From Alphaproteobacteria bacterium (lineage in GTDB: Bacteria > Pseudomonadota > Alphaproteobacteria > UBA828): 64,000 nt of DNA. The translations under genes were made by a program, and so were the position numbers. Below the pieces are notes generated by a model. It ran no database searches and was not told where the DNA came from. It worked only from the letters and a program-made list of their open reading frames with translations. The stretch is taken from the NCBI GenBank assembly GCA_965221125.1, contig CBDCRW010000007.1:96001-160000 (forward strand), in the 5' to 3' direction. How positions within the stretch are numbered: position 1 is the stretch's first letter; every line of letters starts with the position of its first letter. Shown in pieces: positions 9,257-17,880 of this stretch.

Positions 9257-11242
9257 GTGGACATGAGAGTCATCCAGCCGGGTCTCTGCGTCCTCCTGCT
9301 TGCTGCCGGCGGCGGCTGGGCGGTGTGGCTCGCGAGGGGGCTCCGGGCGGAAGAAACGACCGCCGCCGGCCTCGGCACGGCCGTCGGAGCATCGTTGCTC
9401 GCCTACTTCGCCGGCGACCGGAAGGACGCCTTCCTGTGGCTCCGTTTCGGGCTCTACAGCGGCGCGCTGGCGGTGGCCGGCGCCTCGCTCTGGACCGGGG
9501 TGGTACGGCCGCTCCAGTATGCGCCCTCCCTCGGGGCCGTCACGGGCTGGCTCGGGACGCTGGACGGGCTCGCACTGGCGATGGCGGTCGTGCCGCCGCC
9601 GGCCGTCGCGCTGCTGTGCATTCTCTGGTTCGAGGTGGCCGTCGCCACCTTCCGGCATCTGGGTAGCAGCGACCGCCGCCGCCGCGCCGAGTCCGACCTG
9701 CACGGACATGCGAGCCTGCTCGGGCGCCGGTTCCTGCGCCGGCTGGCGAAGCGGAAAGGCATCCTGCTGGGCCAGTGGGGCACCGGCCGAAAGGCGCCCC
9801 TGATCGGATGGTCCCTCGAAGGCTCCGCCATCACCGTCGCGCCGCCGCGTACCGGCAAGGGCGCGCTGATCGCGCTCAACCTGCTCTCGCCCGACGGCCG
9901 GGGATTCGAGGGCTCGACCGTCACTATCGACCCGCGCGGCGAGCTCTGGTGCGTCGCCGCGCGCCGCCGCCGCGAGCTCGGTCGCGATGCCGTGCTCCTC
10001 GATCCCTTCGGCGTGACGAAGGCCCACCGGGATGCGTTCGGGGAATGCCACCTGCCGGACGTGAGGTCCGCGACCTACAACCCGCTGGAGTTCATACGGG
10101 AGGACGACAGCCTCGCCGTGCGCGACATCAACGTCCTGCTCGACGCCCTGCTCACCCCGCCCCGTCCCGGCGCCCACGACAACACCCGGCACTTCTACGA
10201 GTCCGCGCGCGCCATCGTCGCCGGCTACGTCGCCTGGGTGCGCTTCAGGGAGCCGGCGTACAGGCGGACCCTCAAGACGGTCCACGAGATGCTGTCGGCC
10301 TCGCCCGAAGCGCGCGAGGGCTTCGCGGAAGCCTTCAGAAAGGAGGAGCCCTTCGCGGGCGGTCTCGCCCGTATCGCGGTCGAGCGCCAGGCCCAGGTGG
10401 GCAGGGAGGAAGGCGGCTCCAACTTCACCACGGTCGCCAACCAACTGGCCTTCCTCAACTACCCCGAGCTGCTCGCAAACACCAGGCGGTCCAGCTTCGA
10501 TCCGACGAGGCTCGCGGAGGGGAACACCGACCTGTTCGTGGTCGCGCCCGAGGAGACCGTCGAGCACGTCAAGGGCTGGCTCCGCCTCTGGGTTGCCATC
10601 CCCAACGCCGTCGCCGGCAGGACGCCGCTCGAGCGCGACATGCTCATCGTCATCGACGAGATGCCGCGCATCGGCTTCCTCAAGCCGGTGATGGACGGCT
10701 ACACCATGGCCGCCGGCAAGGGCGTCCACTTCTGGTGCTTCGCGCAGTCCATCTCGGCGCTCGATTCGAGCTGGGGTAGGGAGCACCGCAGGACGCTGCT
10801 GCACCTCGCCGAGCTGGTGCAGGTGCTGGGCTTCCCGCGCACCGACGCGGAGGGTGCTGAGGAGCTGTCGAAGGCGATCGGCACCGCCACCTTCGAGGGC
10901 CGTACCGAGAGCCGGTCGGGCACCATCGCCGAGAGCCGCATCGTGACGGCCAACACGCAGTGGCAGGCGGGCGAGTCGCGCACGCTGGTGCGCGAGCGAG
11001 TGGTGACGCCCGACGAACTGATGACGCTGGGACCCGACCGCCAATACGTGATCGCCTCCCCGAAGGATCTGCCCCGCGACGCGCTGCACCTGCACCACGC
11101 GGCCTACTGGCGCCGTCCCGATTCCGCCTGGCTGGCCGATCCCAACCCGTTCGTGCTGCGCAAGCGGGAGGCCGAACGGCGAGGCGGCGGGGCGGCGCGG
11201 AGGGCGTGGCCCCTGACCCTCATGAGAGGAGTACAGACATGA
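9257..11242 (+). CDS. virD4: VirD4/TraG-family type IV coupling protein
   Basis: N-terminal TM segments; HGHA, Walker A APPRTGKG, IDPRGEL, LDPF, YNPL, Walker B IDEMPRIG, AQS and TPDELM motifs. Confidence 0.9.
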   Translation: MDMRVIQPGLCVLLLAAGGGWAVWLARGLRAEETTAAGLGTAVGASLLAYFAGDRKDAFLWLRFGLYSGALAVAGASLWTGVVRPLQYAPSLGAVTGWLGTLDGLALAMAVVPPPAVALLCILWFEVAVATFRHLGSSDRRRRAESDLHGHASLLGRRFLRRLAKRKGILLGQWGTGRKAPLIGWSLEGSAITVAPPRTGKGALIALNLLSPDGRGFEGSTVTIDPRGELWCVAARRRRELGRDAVLLDPFGVTKAHRDAFGECHLPDVRSATYNPLEFIREDDSLAVRDINVLLDALLTPPRPGAHDNTRHFYESARAIVAGYVAWVRFREPAYRRTLKTVHEMLSASPEAREGFAEAFRKEEPFAGGLARIAVERQAQVGREEGGSNFTTVANQLAFLNYPELLANTRRSSFDPTRLAEGNTDLFVVAPEETVEHVKGWLRLWVAIPNAVAGRTPLERDMLIVIDEMPRIGFLKPVMDGYTMAAGKGVHFWCFAQSISALDSSWGREHRRTLLHLAELVQVLGFPRTDAEGAEELSKAIGTATFEGRTESRSGTIAESRIVTANTQWQAGESRTLVRERVVTPDELMTLGPDRQYVIASPKDLPRDALHLHHAAYWRRPDSAWLADPNPFVLRKREAERRGGGAARRAWPLTLMRGVQT

Positions 11243-11841
11243 GTGCTGACAACCCGACCATGAACGAGCGGAGCCGGCCTGACGAGGAAGCCGGAAACGG
11301 TGGACAGGAACGCGAAGCGGACGAGTCGCGGCCGTCGGTGCAGGGAGAGATCCTGGCACGCCTGGAAGTCATCGATAGGCGGCTGGAAGAAAGGAAATGT
11401 CCCGCTCCGGGACCGACGAAGGCAGCTTTCGACAAGCTCGCCAAGGCGACCGGAGCGATCGGCGAGGACGTGGGTGAGACGAAGAATCTTGTCGGCCGGC
11501 TGCTGGAGACCGACCCGGACTACAAGGCGGCGGTGGACGCGGCAGTGGGGCTCTCGGGGGAATTGGGCAGCTGCAGGGCGGATTTGGGGCGGTGGGTGGA
11601 AGAGGACCGGCGCTGGCAGCGGCGCTGGAAGTCGGCGGCGCTGGCCGCCGCCGTCCCGGCCGCCCTGCTGCTCGGCGTGCTCGTGGAACAGCAGTTCCAG
11701 CCGATCCCGCTGCACGATCCGAGCGGGGGCTGGAGCGGATGGATATGGGAGACCCACGGCCGCGCCATCGTGGACTGCGCCGTGGAAGCGAGGCGGACGG
11801 AGGCCGAGGTGGATTGTGCGCTGGTCGTGCGCAGGCCGTAG
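11239..11841 (+). CDS. Hypothetical membrane-anchored protein (resembles DUF6118-type proteins of alphaproteobacterial mobile elements)
   Basis: ATGA overlap with the virD4 stop; coiled-coil region, one TM segment, C-terminal AIVDC..EA......VDC motif. Confidence 0.55.
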   Translation: MSADNPTMNERSRPDEEAGNGGQEREADESRPSVQGEILARLEVIDRRLEERKCPAPGPTKAAFDKLAKATGAIGEDVGETKNLVGRLLETDPDYKAAVDAAVGLSGELGSCRADLGRWVEEDRRWQRRWKSAALAAAVPAALLLGVLVEQQFQPIPLHDPSGGWSGWIWETHGRAIVDCAVEARRTEAEVDCALVVRRP

Positions 11842-11891
11842 CGCTGACGGATGCAAGAACGCGGAGAATCTACGAAACGGAAGGAATTGGA

Positions 11892-12125
11892 ATGGCCAAA
11901 TCGGAACCGAAGATCCTGCGACTGCCGGAGGTCGCGCGGCTGACGGGAATGAGCAAGGGCACGATCCATCGCCGGTATCGCGAGGGCACGTTCCCTCGGC
12001 CGCTCAAGCTGGGCGTGCAATCGATCGGGTGGCGGCGCAAGGATATCGATGATTGGCTCGAGTCGCTGCCGCGTGCCGGTGGGGCGCCCAACGATGCCGG
12101 ACAGGCGGATCGGAAAGGCCCATGA
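11892..12125 (+). CDS. alpA: AlpA-family regulator / recombination directionality factor
   Basis: ILRLPEVARLTGMSKGTIHRRYREGTFPRPLKLG..SIGW...DIDDWL is the typical AlpA winged-helix signature. Confidence 0.9.
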   Translation: MAKSEPKILRLPEVARLTGMSKGTIHRRYREGTFPRPLKLGVQSIGWRRKDIDDWLESLPRAGGAPNDAGQADRKGP

Positions 12126-12338
12126 GGCCTGGCGGTACCGGGAGGGGTTCCGCCCGGACGTGCTACGACCGCGCGATCGGACAAGGACGGGCCGGGAACG
12201 TCCGGTCGCGCCATGAGGGTCGAACCGGCGTTATTCCCTGTCCAGCAAGGAGTTGCCGGAGATCGGCGGACCGTCGATCGGGGGAGAGCGGTTGCTGTGG
12301 GAGGAGAACGGCGAGCGGGCCGGCGCTATACCGAGCGC

Positions 12339-12416
12339 AGTGAGGGTGTGAGTGAGGGACACACTATTTCAAATTTAAGGAAAATACTTATAAATCAATA
12401 TGTTATAAAGGAAAAG
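12339..12416. promoter_or_regulatory. att-site arm region: AGTGAGGG direct repeats (12339-12346, 12351-12358) and IHF site AATCAATATGTTA (12393-12405)
   Basis: Exact match to WATCAANNNNTTR in an AT-rich patch next to the tRNA 3' end; 8-bp repeats with 12-bp spacing. Confidence 0.6.
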
Positions 12417-12506
12417 TGGCGGAGGGGGTGGGATTCGAACCCACGGTACGCTCACGCGTACAACGGTTTTCGAGACCGCCCCGTTCGACCACTCCGGCAC
12501 CCCTCC
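12417..12506 (-). tRNA. tRNA-Ser (anticodon CGA)
   Basis: GGAGGGGTGCCGGAGTGGTCGAACGGGGCGGTCTCGAAAACCGTTGTACGCGTGAGCGTACCGTGGGTTCGAATCCCACCCCCTCCGCCA: 90 nt, long variable arm, GTTCGAATC T-loop, encoded CCA. Confidence 0.98.
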
Positions 12507-12536
12507 GCGGCCTGGTGCGTCTCGCGCGGCACTTAT

Positions 12537-13409
12537 CTACGCCTGCCCGGCCCCCTCGGCAACCGCGGCGGCGGCGATGCTCCGCTCGTACGCCGCGAAA
12601 TCCTCGGTGCCGAGCACGTGGCGCTCCATCCAGGCGCTGAAGCGCTCGCGGTCGCGGGCGATGGCGTCCCACGCCTCGTAGAAGGAATTGTCGCGCCGGT
12701 AGTAGCCGAGCGCGTAGGAAGGCCGGGCGCCGCCGGGCGCGGGCGAGACCGCGCTCACCACCCAGTGCGGCAGGTGTATCGAGCCCGCGCGGGGCTCCAG
12801 CGCGTCCACGATCTCTTCGACCGTGACGAGGACGCGCCGCGACGCGAGCGCCACCTCCTTCTGCACGCCGGAGATGCCCCACAGCATGACGTTGCCTTTG
12901 CGGTCCGCCTGCTGGGCGTGGAGCACCGCCACGTCGGGGCGCACCGAGGGCGAGGCCGCGAGCTTCTCGCCGGTGAACGGGCATTCGATGAACCTGATGA
13001 CGGGGTTGTGCGCCGGCAGGTCCGAGCCGGCGTAGCCCCGGATCACCGAGAAGGGCAGCCCGCTCGCGCCCGCGACATAGGCGTTGGCGAGGTCGGCGTG
13101 GCTCCGCTCCTCGATCTCGAGCGGCCGGGGCCAGCCCTTCTCCACGGCATCGCGGAAGCGGTGCAGCGAGCCCACGCCCGGGTTGCCGCCCCAGGAGAAG
13201 ACGAGGCGGCCGACGCAGCCCATGCCGATGATCTGGTCGTAGATCAGATCCGGCGTCATGCGGACGGCGGTGAGGTCGCGGAGGCCGGCGCGGATCACCG
13301 CGTGGCCGGCGGCATGCGGGATCAGGTGCGTGAAGCCCTCCATGGCGACCGTGTCGCCGTCATGGATAAGGGCGGCGACCGCGTCTGCGAGCGGAAGAAC
13401 CTCGGCCAT
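12537..13409 (-). CDS. Family I CoA-transferase subunit A (3-oxoadipate/glutaconate type, CatI/GctA-like)
   Basis: DGDTVAMEGFTHLIPHAAGH, RMTPDLIYDQ, FSWGGNPGVGSLHR and HAQQADRKGNV motifs. Confidence 0.9.
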   Translation of the reverse strand: MAEVLPLADAVAALIHDGDTVAMEGFTHLIPHAAGHAVIRAGLRDLTAVRMTPDLIYDQIIGMGCVGRLVFSWGGNPGVGSLHRFRDAVEKGWPRPLEIEERSHADLANAYVAGASGLPFSVIRGYAGSDLPAHNPVIRFIECPFTGEKLAASPSVRPDVAVLHAQQADRKGNVMLWGISGVQKEVALASRRVLVTVEEIVDALEPRAGSIHLPHWVVSAVSPAPGGARPSYALGYYRRDNSFYEAWDAIARDRERFSAWMERHVLGTEDFAAYERSIAAAAVAEGAGQA

Positions 13410-13462
13410 GCGCCGGGTCCGGCCTGACGGGAACGCGCGGGTGAGGGAGGGGCGCCGGGCGG

Positions 13463-14446
13463 CTAGAAGCGCACGGGCACGATCGGCGCCTCGCCCTTCG
13501 CGATCATCTCGGGGATCGCAGGCGAGGCGTTCTCCCACACCAGCAGCATCGAGCGCTTGGGCGAAAAGCCCTGGTGGCGGATGTCGGCCGGCATGCAGGC
13601 GACGTCGCCCGAGCGCATGGTCACCACCGCGCGGGGGTCGCCCGAATGCTTGTCCTTCACGTTCCAGACGATCTCGTCGGAGAGCTGGATGAACCACTCG
13701 ACGCGGTCGTTGCCGTGCTCCACCGGCAGGATGAACTCCTCCGACGTGGGGCAGAACAGGCTGTCCTTGAGCACGGAGCAGACGGAGGGGTTCCAGGTCA
13801 CGTCCGAGCGCGAGAGGTAGGCGAAGAGGTTGAAGGACTGCACCTCGCCCTCGAAGCCGGGCTCGGCCTCGATCTCGGGCTCGTCCTGCTCCACGTCGGC
13901 GAACATGCGGTTGACCGGGTAGCCGCTCTCGTCGGTCCTGAGCGGCGCGTCGTCCGGCAGGCCCACCATGCGCTTCGCCGTCACCCGCACGCGGCCCAGC
14001 GCGTCCGGGTTGCGCCCGTTCTTGCGGCCGAAGGGCTGCGCCGTCTCCTGCGGCGCCGTGAAGGGGTCGTAGCCCGCGTTGGTCCAGTCCTCCAGCATCG
14101 CCTGGAAGGTCTCCCGCAGGTCGTCGCTGTCGATGGTCTCCTGATAGTCGCGGCCGTTGTCGCGGTAGGCGTCGTTGAAGCGCCCGATGTAGAGCTCCAC
14201 CTGGCCGTAGAGGTTGGTGGTGCCGAACACGTCGTCGAAGTTCAGCGTGCCGTAGAAGAAGTTCCACGCCACCTCGCGCACCAGCGCGCGCAGGAAGGCG
14301 TCCACCGGCATGAGGTGCGAGCCTTCGGGCCAGGTGATGTGAGCGAAATACTCGTCGCGGCGGAAGCCGAAGCCGCCGATCTGGAAGGTGCGGTAGCCGG
14401 TGTAGTTGTCGGGATCGGAGGCCGAGTAGGCCAGCTGTGTCGCCAT
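13463..14446 (-). CDS. Hydroquinone 1,2-dioxygenase large subunit (HqdB/HapD-like)
   Basis: FLRALVREVAWNFFYG, FNLFAYLSRSDVTWNPSV, EEFILPVEHGNDRVEWF and MPADIRHQG; RBS GAGGAG. Confidence 0.9.
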   Translation of the reverse strand: MATQLAYSASDPDNYTGYRTFQIGGFGFRRDEYFAHITWPEGSHLMPVDAFLRALVREVAWNFFYGTLNFDDVFGTTNLYGQVELYIGRFNDAYRDNGRDYQETIDSDDLRETFQAMLEDWTNAGYDPFTAPQETAQPFGRKNGRNPDALGRVRVTAKRMVGLPDDAPLRTDESGYPVNRMFADVEQDEPEIEAEPGFEGEVQSFNLFAYLSRSDVTWNPSVCSVLKDSLFCPTSEEFILPVEHGNDRVEWFIQLSDEIVWNVKDKHSGDPRAVVTMRSGDVACMPADIRHQGFSPKRSMLLVWENASPAIPEMIAKGEAPIVPVRF

Positions 14447-14451
14447 CGCGC

Positions 14452-14961
14452 TCACTCCTCGCCGGTCTGGCAGATGTCGGCCCAGCGCTCGATGGTGAGC
14501 GGGCCGCCCATGGTCTGGAACAGGACAACGCTCGGCGCCTCGGCCGAGATGCGGTAGGCCGCGCCTGCCGGCAGCAGCGTGAGATGGCCGCGGCCGGCGC
14601 GGATGCGCCCCATGCGGGGGCCGTCGGGCTCGGCGTCCAGCGCGTGCGCGCCGTCGCCCTCCGGCGCTGCGCCGCCATGCTTTACCAACTCGACCTCGAT
14701 CTGCCCGTCGAGGCAGAGCGCGAACTCGTCGTGGGCCGCCGTGAACCAGGCGGAAGCGCCTTCCGCGCGCATGATCTCGATCGCGTATTCCAGGTTCTTC
14801 GCCACGCAGATGCGCTCGAACGGCGCGGACTTGCCGGCGACCTCGAAGGCGTTGGAGAACACGTAGTTGCGCGGATCGTCGTTGATGATGTGGACCCCGC
14901 CCTTGCGGTAGTCCTCGAGCGATCCGAGCTCGGTCGTGTAGTCGGCCATGGGCTTCGTCAC
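14452..14961 (-). CDS. Hydroquinone 1,2-dioxygenase small subunit (HqdA/HapC-like)
   Basis: GSLEDYRKGGV.II.DDPRNYVFSN.FEVA and VAKNLEY.IE motifs; coupled to the large subunit; GTG 14961 or ATG 14949 start. Confidence 0.88.
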   Translation of the reverse strand: MTKPMADYTTELGSLEDYRKGGVHIINDDPRNYVFSNAFEVAGKSAPFERICVAKNLEYAIEIMRAEGASAWFTAAHDEFALCLDGQIEVELVKHGGAAPEGDGAHALDAEPDGPRMGRIRAGRGHLTLLPAGAAYRISAEAPSVVLFQTMGGPLTIERWADICQTGEE

Positions 14962-15156
14962 GCTGCCCCTCCCTCGCGGTGCGGCGGCCATTCTAGCCGA
15001 AAGCGCCGAGGCGCGAAGCGCGGCGGAGAGCGTCCCCGTTCCCGCGCTCCCGCGCTTCGCCATCCGGCCCGCCTACAATCGAACGATACGGCCACGAAGA
15101 TCAAGGGGAACGGGCGATGGCAACGGTGACGCGCGCCCGTCAAAGCCGGTCGCGCT

Positions 15157-16515
15157 CTATCCGATCGCGCGCAGCCGTATGACGTTGTCAGCTTCCCGCG
15201 ACGGCGCGGCCGGCGGCCGGCCGACGCTCACGTAGCGAAAGCCGGCGGCGGCCGCCTGCGCCGGCTCGTAGATGTTGCGGAGGTCGACGATCAGAGGCGT
15301 CCGCATCAGGCGCTTCGCGCGGGCGAGGTCGAGCGCCCTGAACGCGCTCCACTCGGTGAGGATGACCAGCGCGTCCGCGCCCGCCATCGCGTCGTAGGGA
15401 TCGCGGCACCAGCGCACGCCGTCGAGGACGCGACGCGCCTGCTCCATGCCGGCGGGGTCGAAGGCGCGCGCCGTCGCCCCACGTTCCACGAGGCCCGGCA
15501 GGATCGCCAGGCTCGGGCTTTCGCGCACGTCGTCGGTGTCGGGCTTGAAGGTGACGCCGAGCACGGCGACGGTCTTGCCCGCGACGTTGCCGCCGCAGGC
15601 GTGGACGATCTTGTCCGTCATCTTCGCCTTGCGCAGGGTGTTGCTTCGCAGCACCGCCTCCACGATGCCGCTGGGCGCGCCGGCCTCCCTGGCGATGGGG
15701 ACGAATGCGGCGGTGTCCTTGGGGAAGCACGAGCCGCCGAAGCCGGGGCCCGCGCGCAGGAAGTCGCGCCCGATGCGGCCGTCGAGGCCGACCCCCCTGG
15801 CGACGTCCTGAACGTCGGCGCCGGTGCGCTCGCACAGGTCCGCGATCTCGTTGATGAAGGCGACCTTGGTCGCGAGGAAGCAGTTGGCCGCGTACTTGAT
15901 GAGCTCGGCGGTCTCCAACGAGGTGAACAGCAGCGGCGTGTCGCTGAGAGAGAGGGGGCTGTAGAGCGCCCGCATGACCTCTTGCGCCGCCGCCGATCCG
16001 CCGCCCACGACGACCCGGTCGGGGCGCATGAAGTCGTCGATCGCCGTGCCCTCGCGCATGAACTCCGGGTTCGAGACGACGTCGAAGGCTGTATCCGGCC
16101 GTCGCTCCCGGACGATCCGCGCGATCGCGCGCCCGGTGCCGACGGGCACCGTGGACTTGGTCGCGATCACCGTGTCGCCGTCGAGCACGTCGGCGACCTG
16201 GCGGGCGGCCTCGTGGACGAAGGAGAGGTCGGCGCGGCCGTCTTCGCGCCGGCCCGGCGTGCCGACGGCCAGCATCACCACGTCGGCCAACGGCACGGCG
16301 TCAGCGATGTCGCTGGTGAAGGCGAGGCGCCCGGCCGCGACGTTGGCGGCGACCAGCCGCTCCAGCCCCGGCTCGTGGATCGGCAGGCGGCCGGCGCGGA
16401 GCGCCGCGATCCGCTCCGGCGCGGCATCGACGCAGGTGACGCTGAGCCCGAACTCCGAGAAGCACGCGGCCGATACCAGCCCGACGTAGCCGGCGCCGAT
16501 GGTGGCCACGCGCAT
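15157..16515 (-). CDS. ugd: UDP-glucose 6-dehydrogenase
   Basis: GAGYVG Rossmann motif, KSTVPVGT, SNPEFMREG, GFGGSCFPKD; the frame stays open upstream to 16662. Confidence 0.93.
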   Translation of the reverse strand: MRVATIGAGYVGLVSAACFSEFGLSVTCVDAAPERIAALRAGRLPIHEPGLERLVAANVAAGRLAFTSDIADAVPLADVVMLAVGTPGRREDGRADLSFVHEAARQVADVLDGDTVIATKSTVPVGTGRAIARIVRERRPDTAFDVVSNPEFMREGTAIDDFMRPDRVVVGGGSAAAQEVMRALYSPLSLSDTPLLFTSLETAELIKYAANCFLATKVAFINEIADLCERTGADVQDVARGVGLDGRIGRDFLRAGPGFGGSCFPKDTAAFVPIAREAGAPSGIVEAVLRSNTLRKAKMTDKIVHACGGNVAGKTVAVLGVTFKPDTDDVRESPSLAILPGLVERGATARAFDPAGMEQARRVLDGVRWCRDPYDAMAGADALVILTEWSAFRALDLARAKRLMRTPLIVDLRNIYEPAQAAAAGFRYVSVGRPPAAPSREADNVIRLRAIG

Positions 16516-16905
16516 GGCGGGCCGCAGCGGCCGGCGGCCTGCAGGGCGGGCCGTCTGCGTGACGAGGGTGAGGTGGCCTTGAGATCGTGCTCGCATCGAT
16601 TTCGTCATGCCCTGGCCGGACTCGTAATTTTTTCGTTTCTCTGGACTTATATCCGATACCATTTCAGCATATCATGGGTTACGCAATCACGAAACGTCAG
16701 CGCATTAGAATTAATTTTCTTCGCATTACGCCTGTCCATGGGAGAACGTTGCAATGTCGGACAATTTCGTATTTTGGACCCTATTCGTTCCATAATATAG
16801 AGATTATGAAAGTGACAAATGACGTATTTCTAGAGATCATTTATCTGGAAGCGTGCAGGTGGATAACTTCCGATATCGGCCTCCGGCAGCGGTGCTGAGG
16901 CAGGC

Positions 16906-17859
16906 ATGCCAACCGGGGCTGCCAAGCCATCGATAAGCGTTATCGTGCCGGTCTACAATGCGGCCGGCTGCCTTCATCGGTCGCTGCGGTCGGTGCTGAG
17001 GCAGACGCTGCCTGACTTCGAGCTCATCGCGGTGGACGACTGCTCCACGGACGAGAGCGCCGAGATTCTGCGGGGTTACAGGGCGCTCGACGACCGGGTC
17101 AGGGTCTTCTCGACGGTGAGGAACGGTGGCCCAGGGGCGGCGCGCAACGTCGGCCTCGGCCATGCGAGAGGTCGCTACATCGCCTTCCTGGATTCGGACG
17201 ACTTCTGGATGAGAAACAAGCTGGAGCGGCAGGTCCGAAGTTTCGACGACGACGATGTCATCGTGTCCTGCACATCGACCGTCGTGCTGAGTTGCGAAGG
17301 CAGCATACTGGGACTGATAAAGGCGCGACCGAAGGTGACGCTGAAGGACATGATGGTCGCCAACAGGGTCTCCTTGAGCAGCACCATGTTCCGAAGAGAG
17401 CTGAATGGTGCGGAAAGGATGCCGGAGTTACGGAGCCGGCAGGACTACGCGTACTGGATCGCGCTTCTGAAGAATAACCGGGGTCATGTCGCGGGAATAC
17501 CGGACGCACTGGTCGGGTATGTGAGGACGCCGGGCTCGGTCTCCTCGAATGCGTGGCGGAACGTCGCAGACACCTTCCGGATGTTCGTGTCGGAAGCCGG
17601 CATGAGCCCGCCCCGGGCCGCCGCGGCGCTCGCCATGCTCTCGTGCCTCAAGATGCGGAAGGAGGCATGGGCGCGGCTCGCGTGGGCCTGCCTGCCCGAG
17701 GGCGAGAGGCGGCGGCTGCGGGCGGACGTCGAAGCCTGCTGGAACGACGGCGGGGACGCCCGGCCGCCTGGATCGGACGGCCCTCTCCCCGCGCCGGAGC
17801 CGTTTTCGGCCGCCCTTGCGCCCGCTGCCCGCCGGTTGCGAGGATACGCGCGGCCTTGA
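16906..17859 (+). CDS. Glycosyltransferase family 2 (TuaG-like)
   Basis: SVIVPVYNA, VDDCSTD, ARNVG, AFLDSDD, KLERQ, RQDY motifs. Confidence 0.9.
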   Translation: MPTGAAKPSISVIVPVYNAAGCLHRSLRSVLRQTLPDFELIAVDDCSTDESAEILRGYRALDDRVRVFSTVRNGGPGAARNVGLGHARGRYIAFLDSDDFWMRNKLERQVRSFDDDDVIVSCTSTVVLSCEGSILGLIKARPKVTLKDMMVANRVSLSSTMFRRELNGAERMPELRSRQDYAYWIALLKNNRGHVAGIPDALVGYVRTPGSVSSNAWRNVADTFRMFVSEAGMSPPRAAAALAMLSCLKMRKEAWARLAWACLPEGERRRLRADVEACWNDGGDARPPGSDGPLPAPEPFSAALAPAARRLRGYARP

Positions 17860-17880
17860 GGCGACGGCGGCGGGGGGCGG

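Larger units (their letters stand above)
1..12416. mobile_element. Integrative conjugative element / genomic island with type IVB (MPF-I) secretion genes, integrated at the tRNA-Ser 3' end; left end lies outside the window
   Basis: Co-oriented conjugation genes, SSB, coupling protein and AlpA end about 290 bp from the CCA end of a tRNA; an AT-rich att-like segment with an IHF consensus abuts the tRNA. Confidence 0.85.

Noticed and set aside
12126-12338. oriT between alpA and the att site
   Set aside because: No recognisable nic consensus and no adjacent relaxase
12213-13427. 404-aa plus-strand ORF
   Set aside because: Runs antisense through the tRNA and the CoA-transferase gene; a GC-rich shadow ORF
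13410-14678. 713-aa version of the CoA-transferase ORF
   Set aside because: The extension overlaps the hydroquinone dioxygenase genes in another frame; homology starts at 13409
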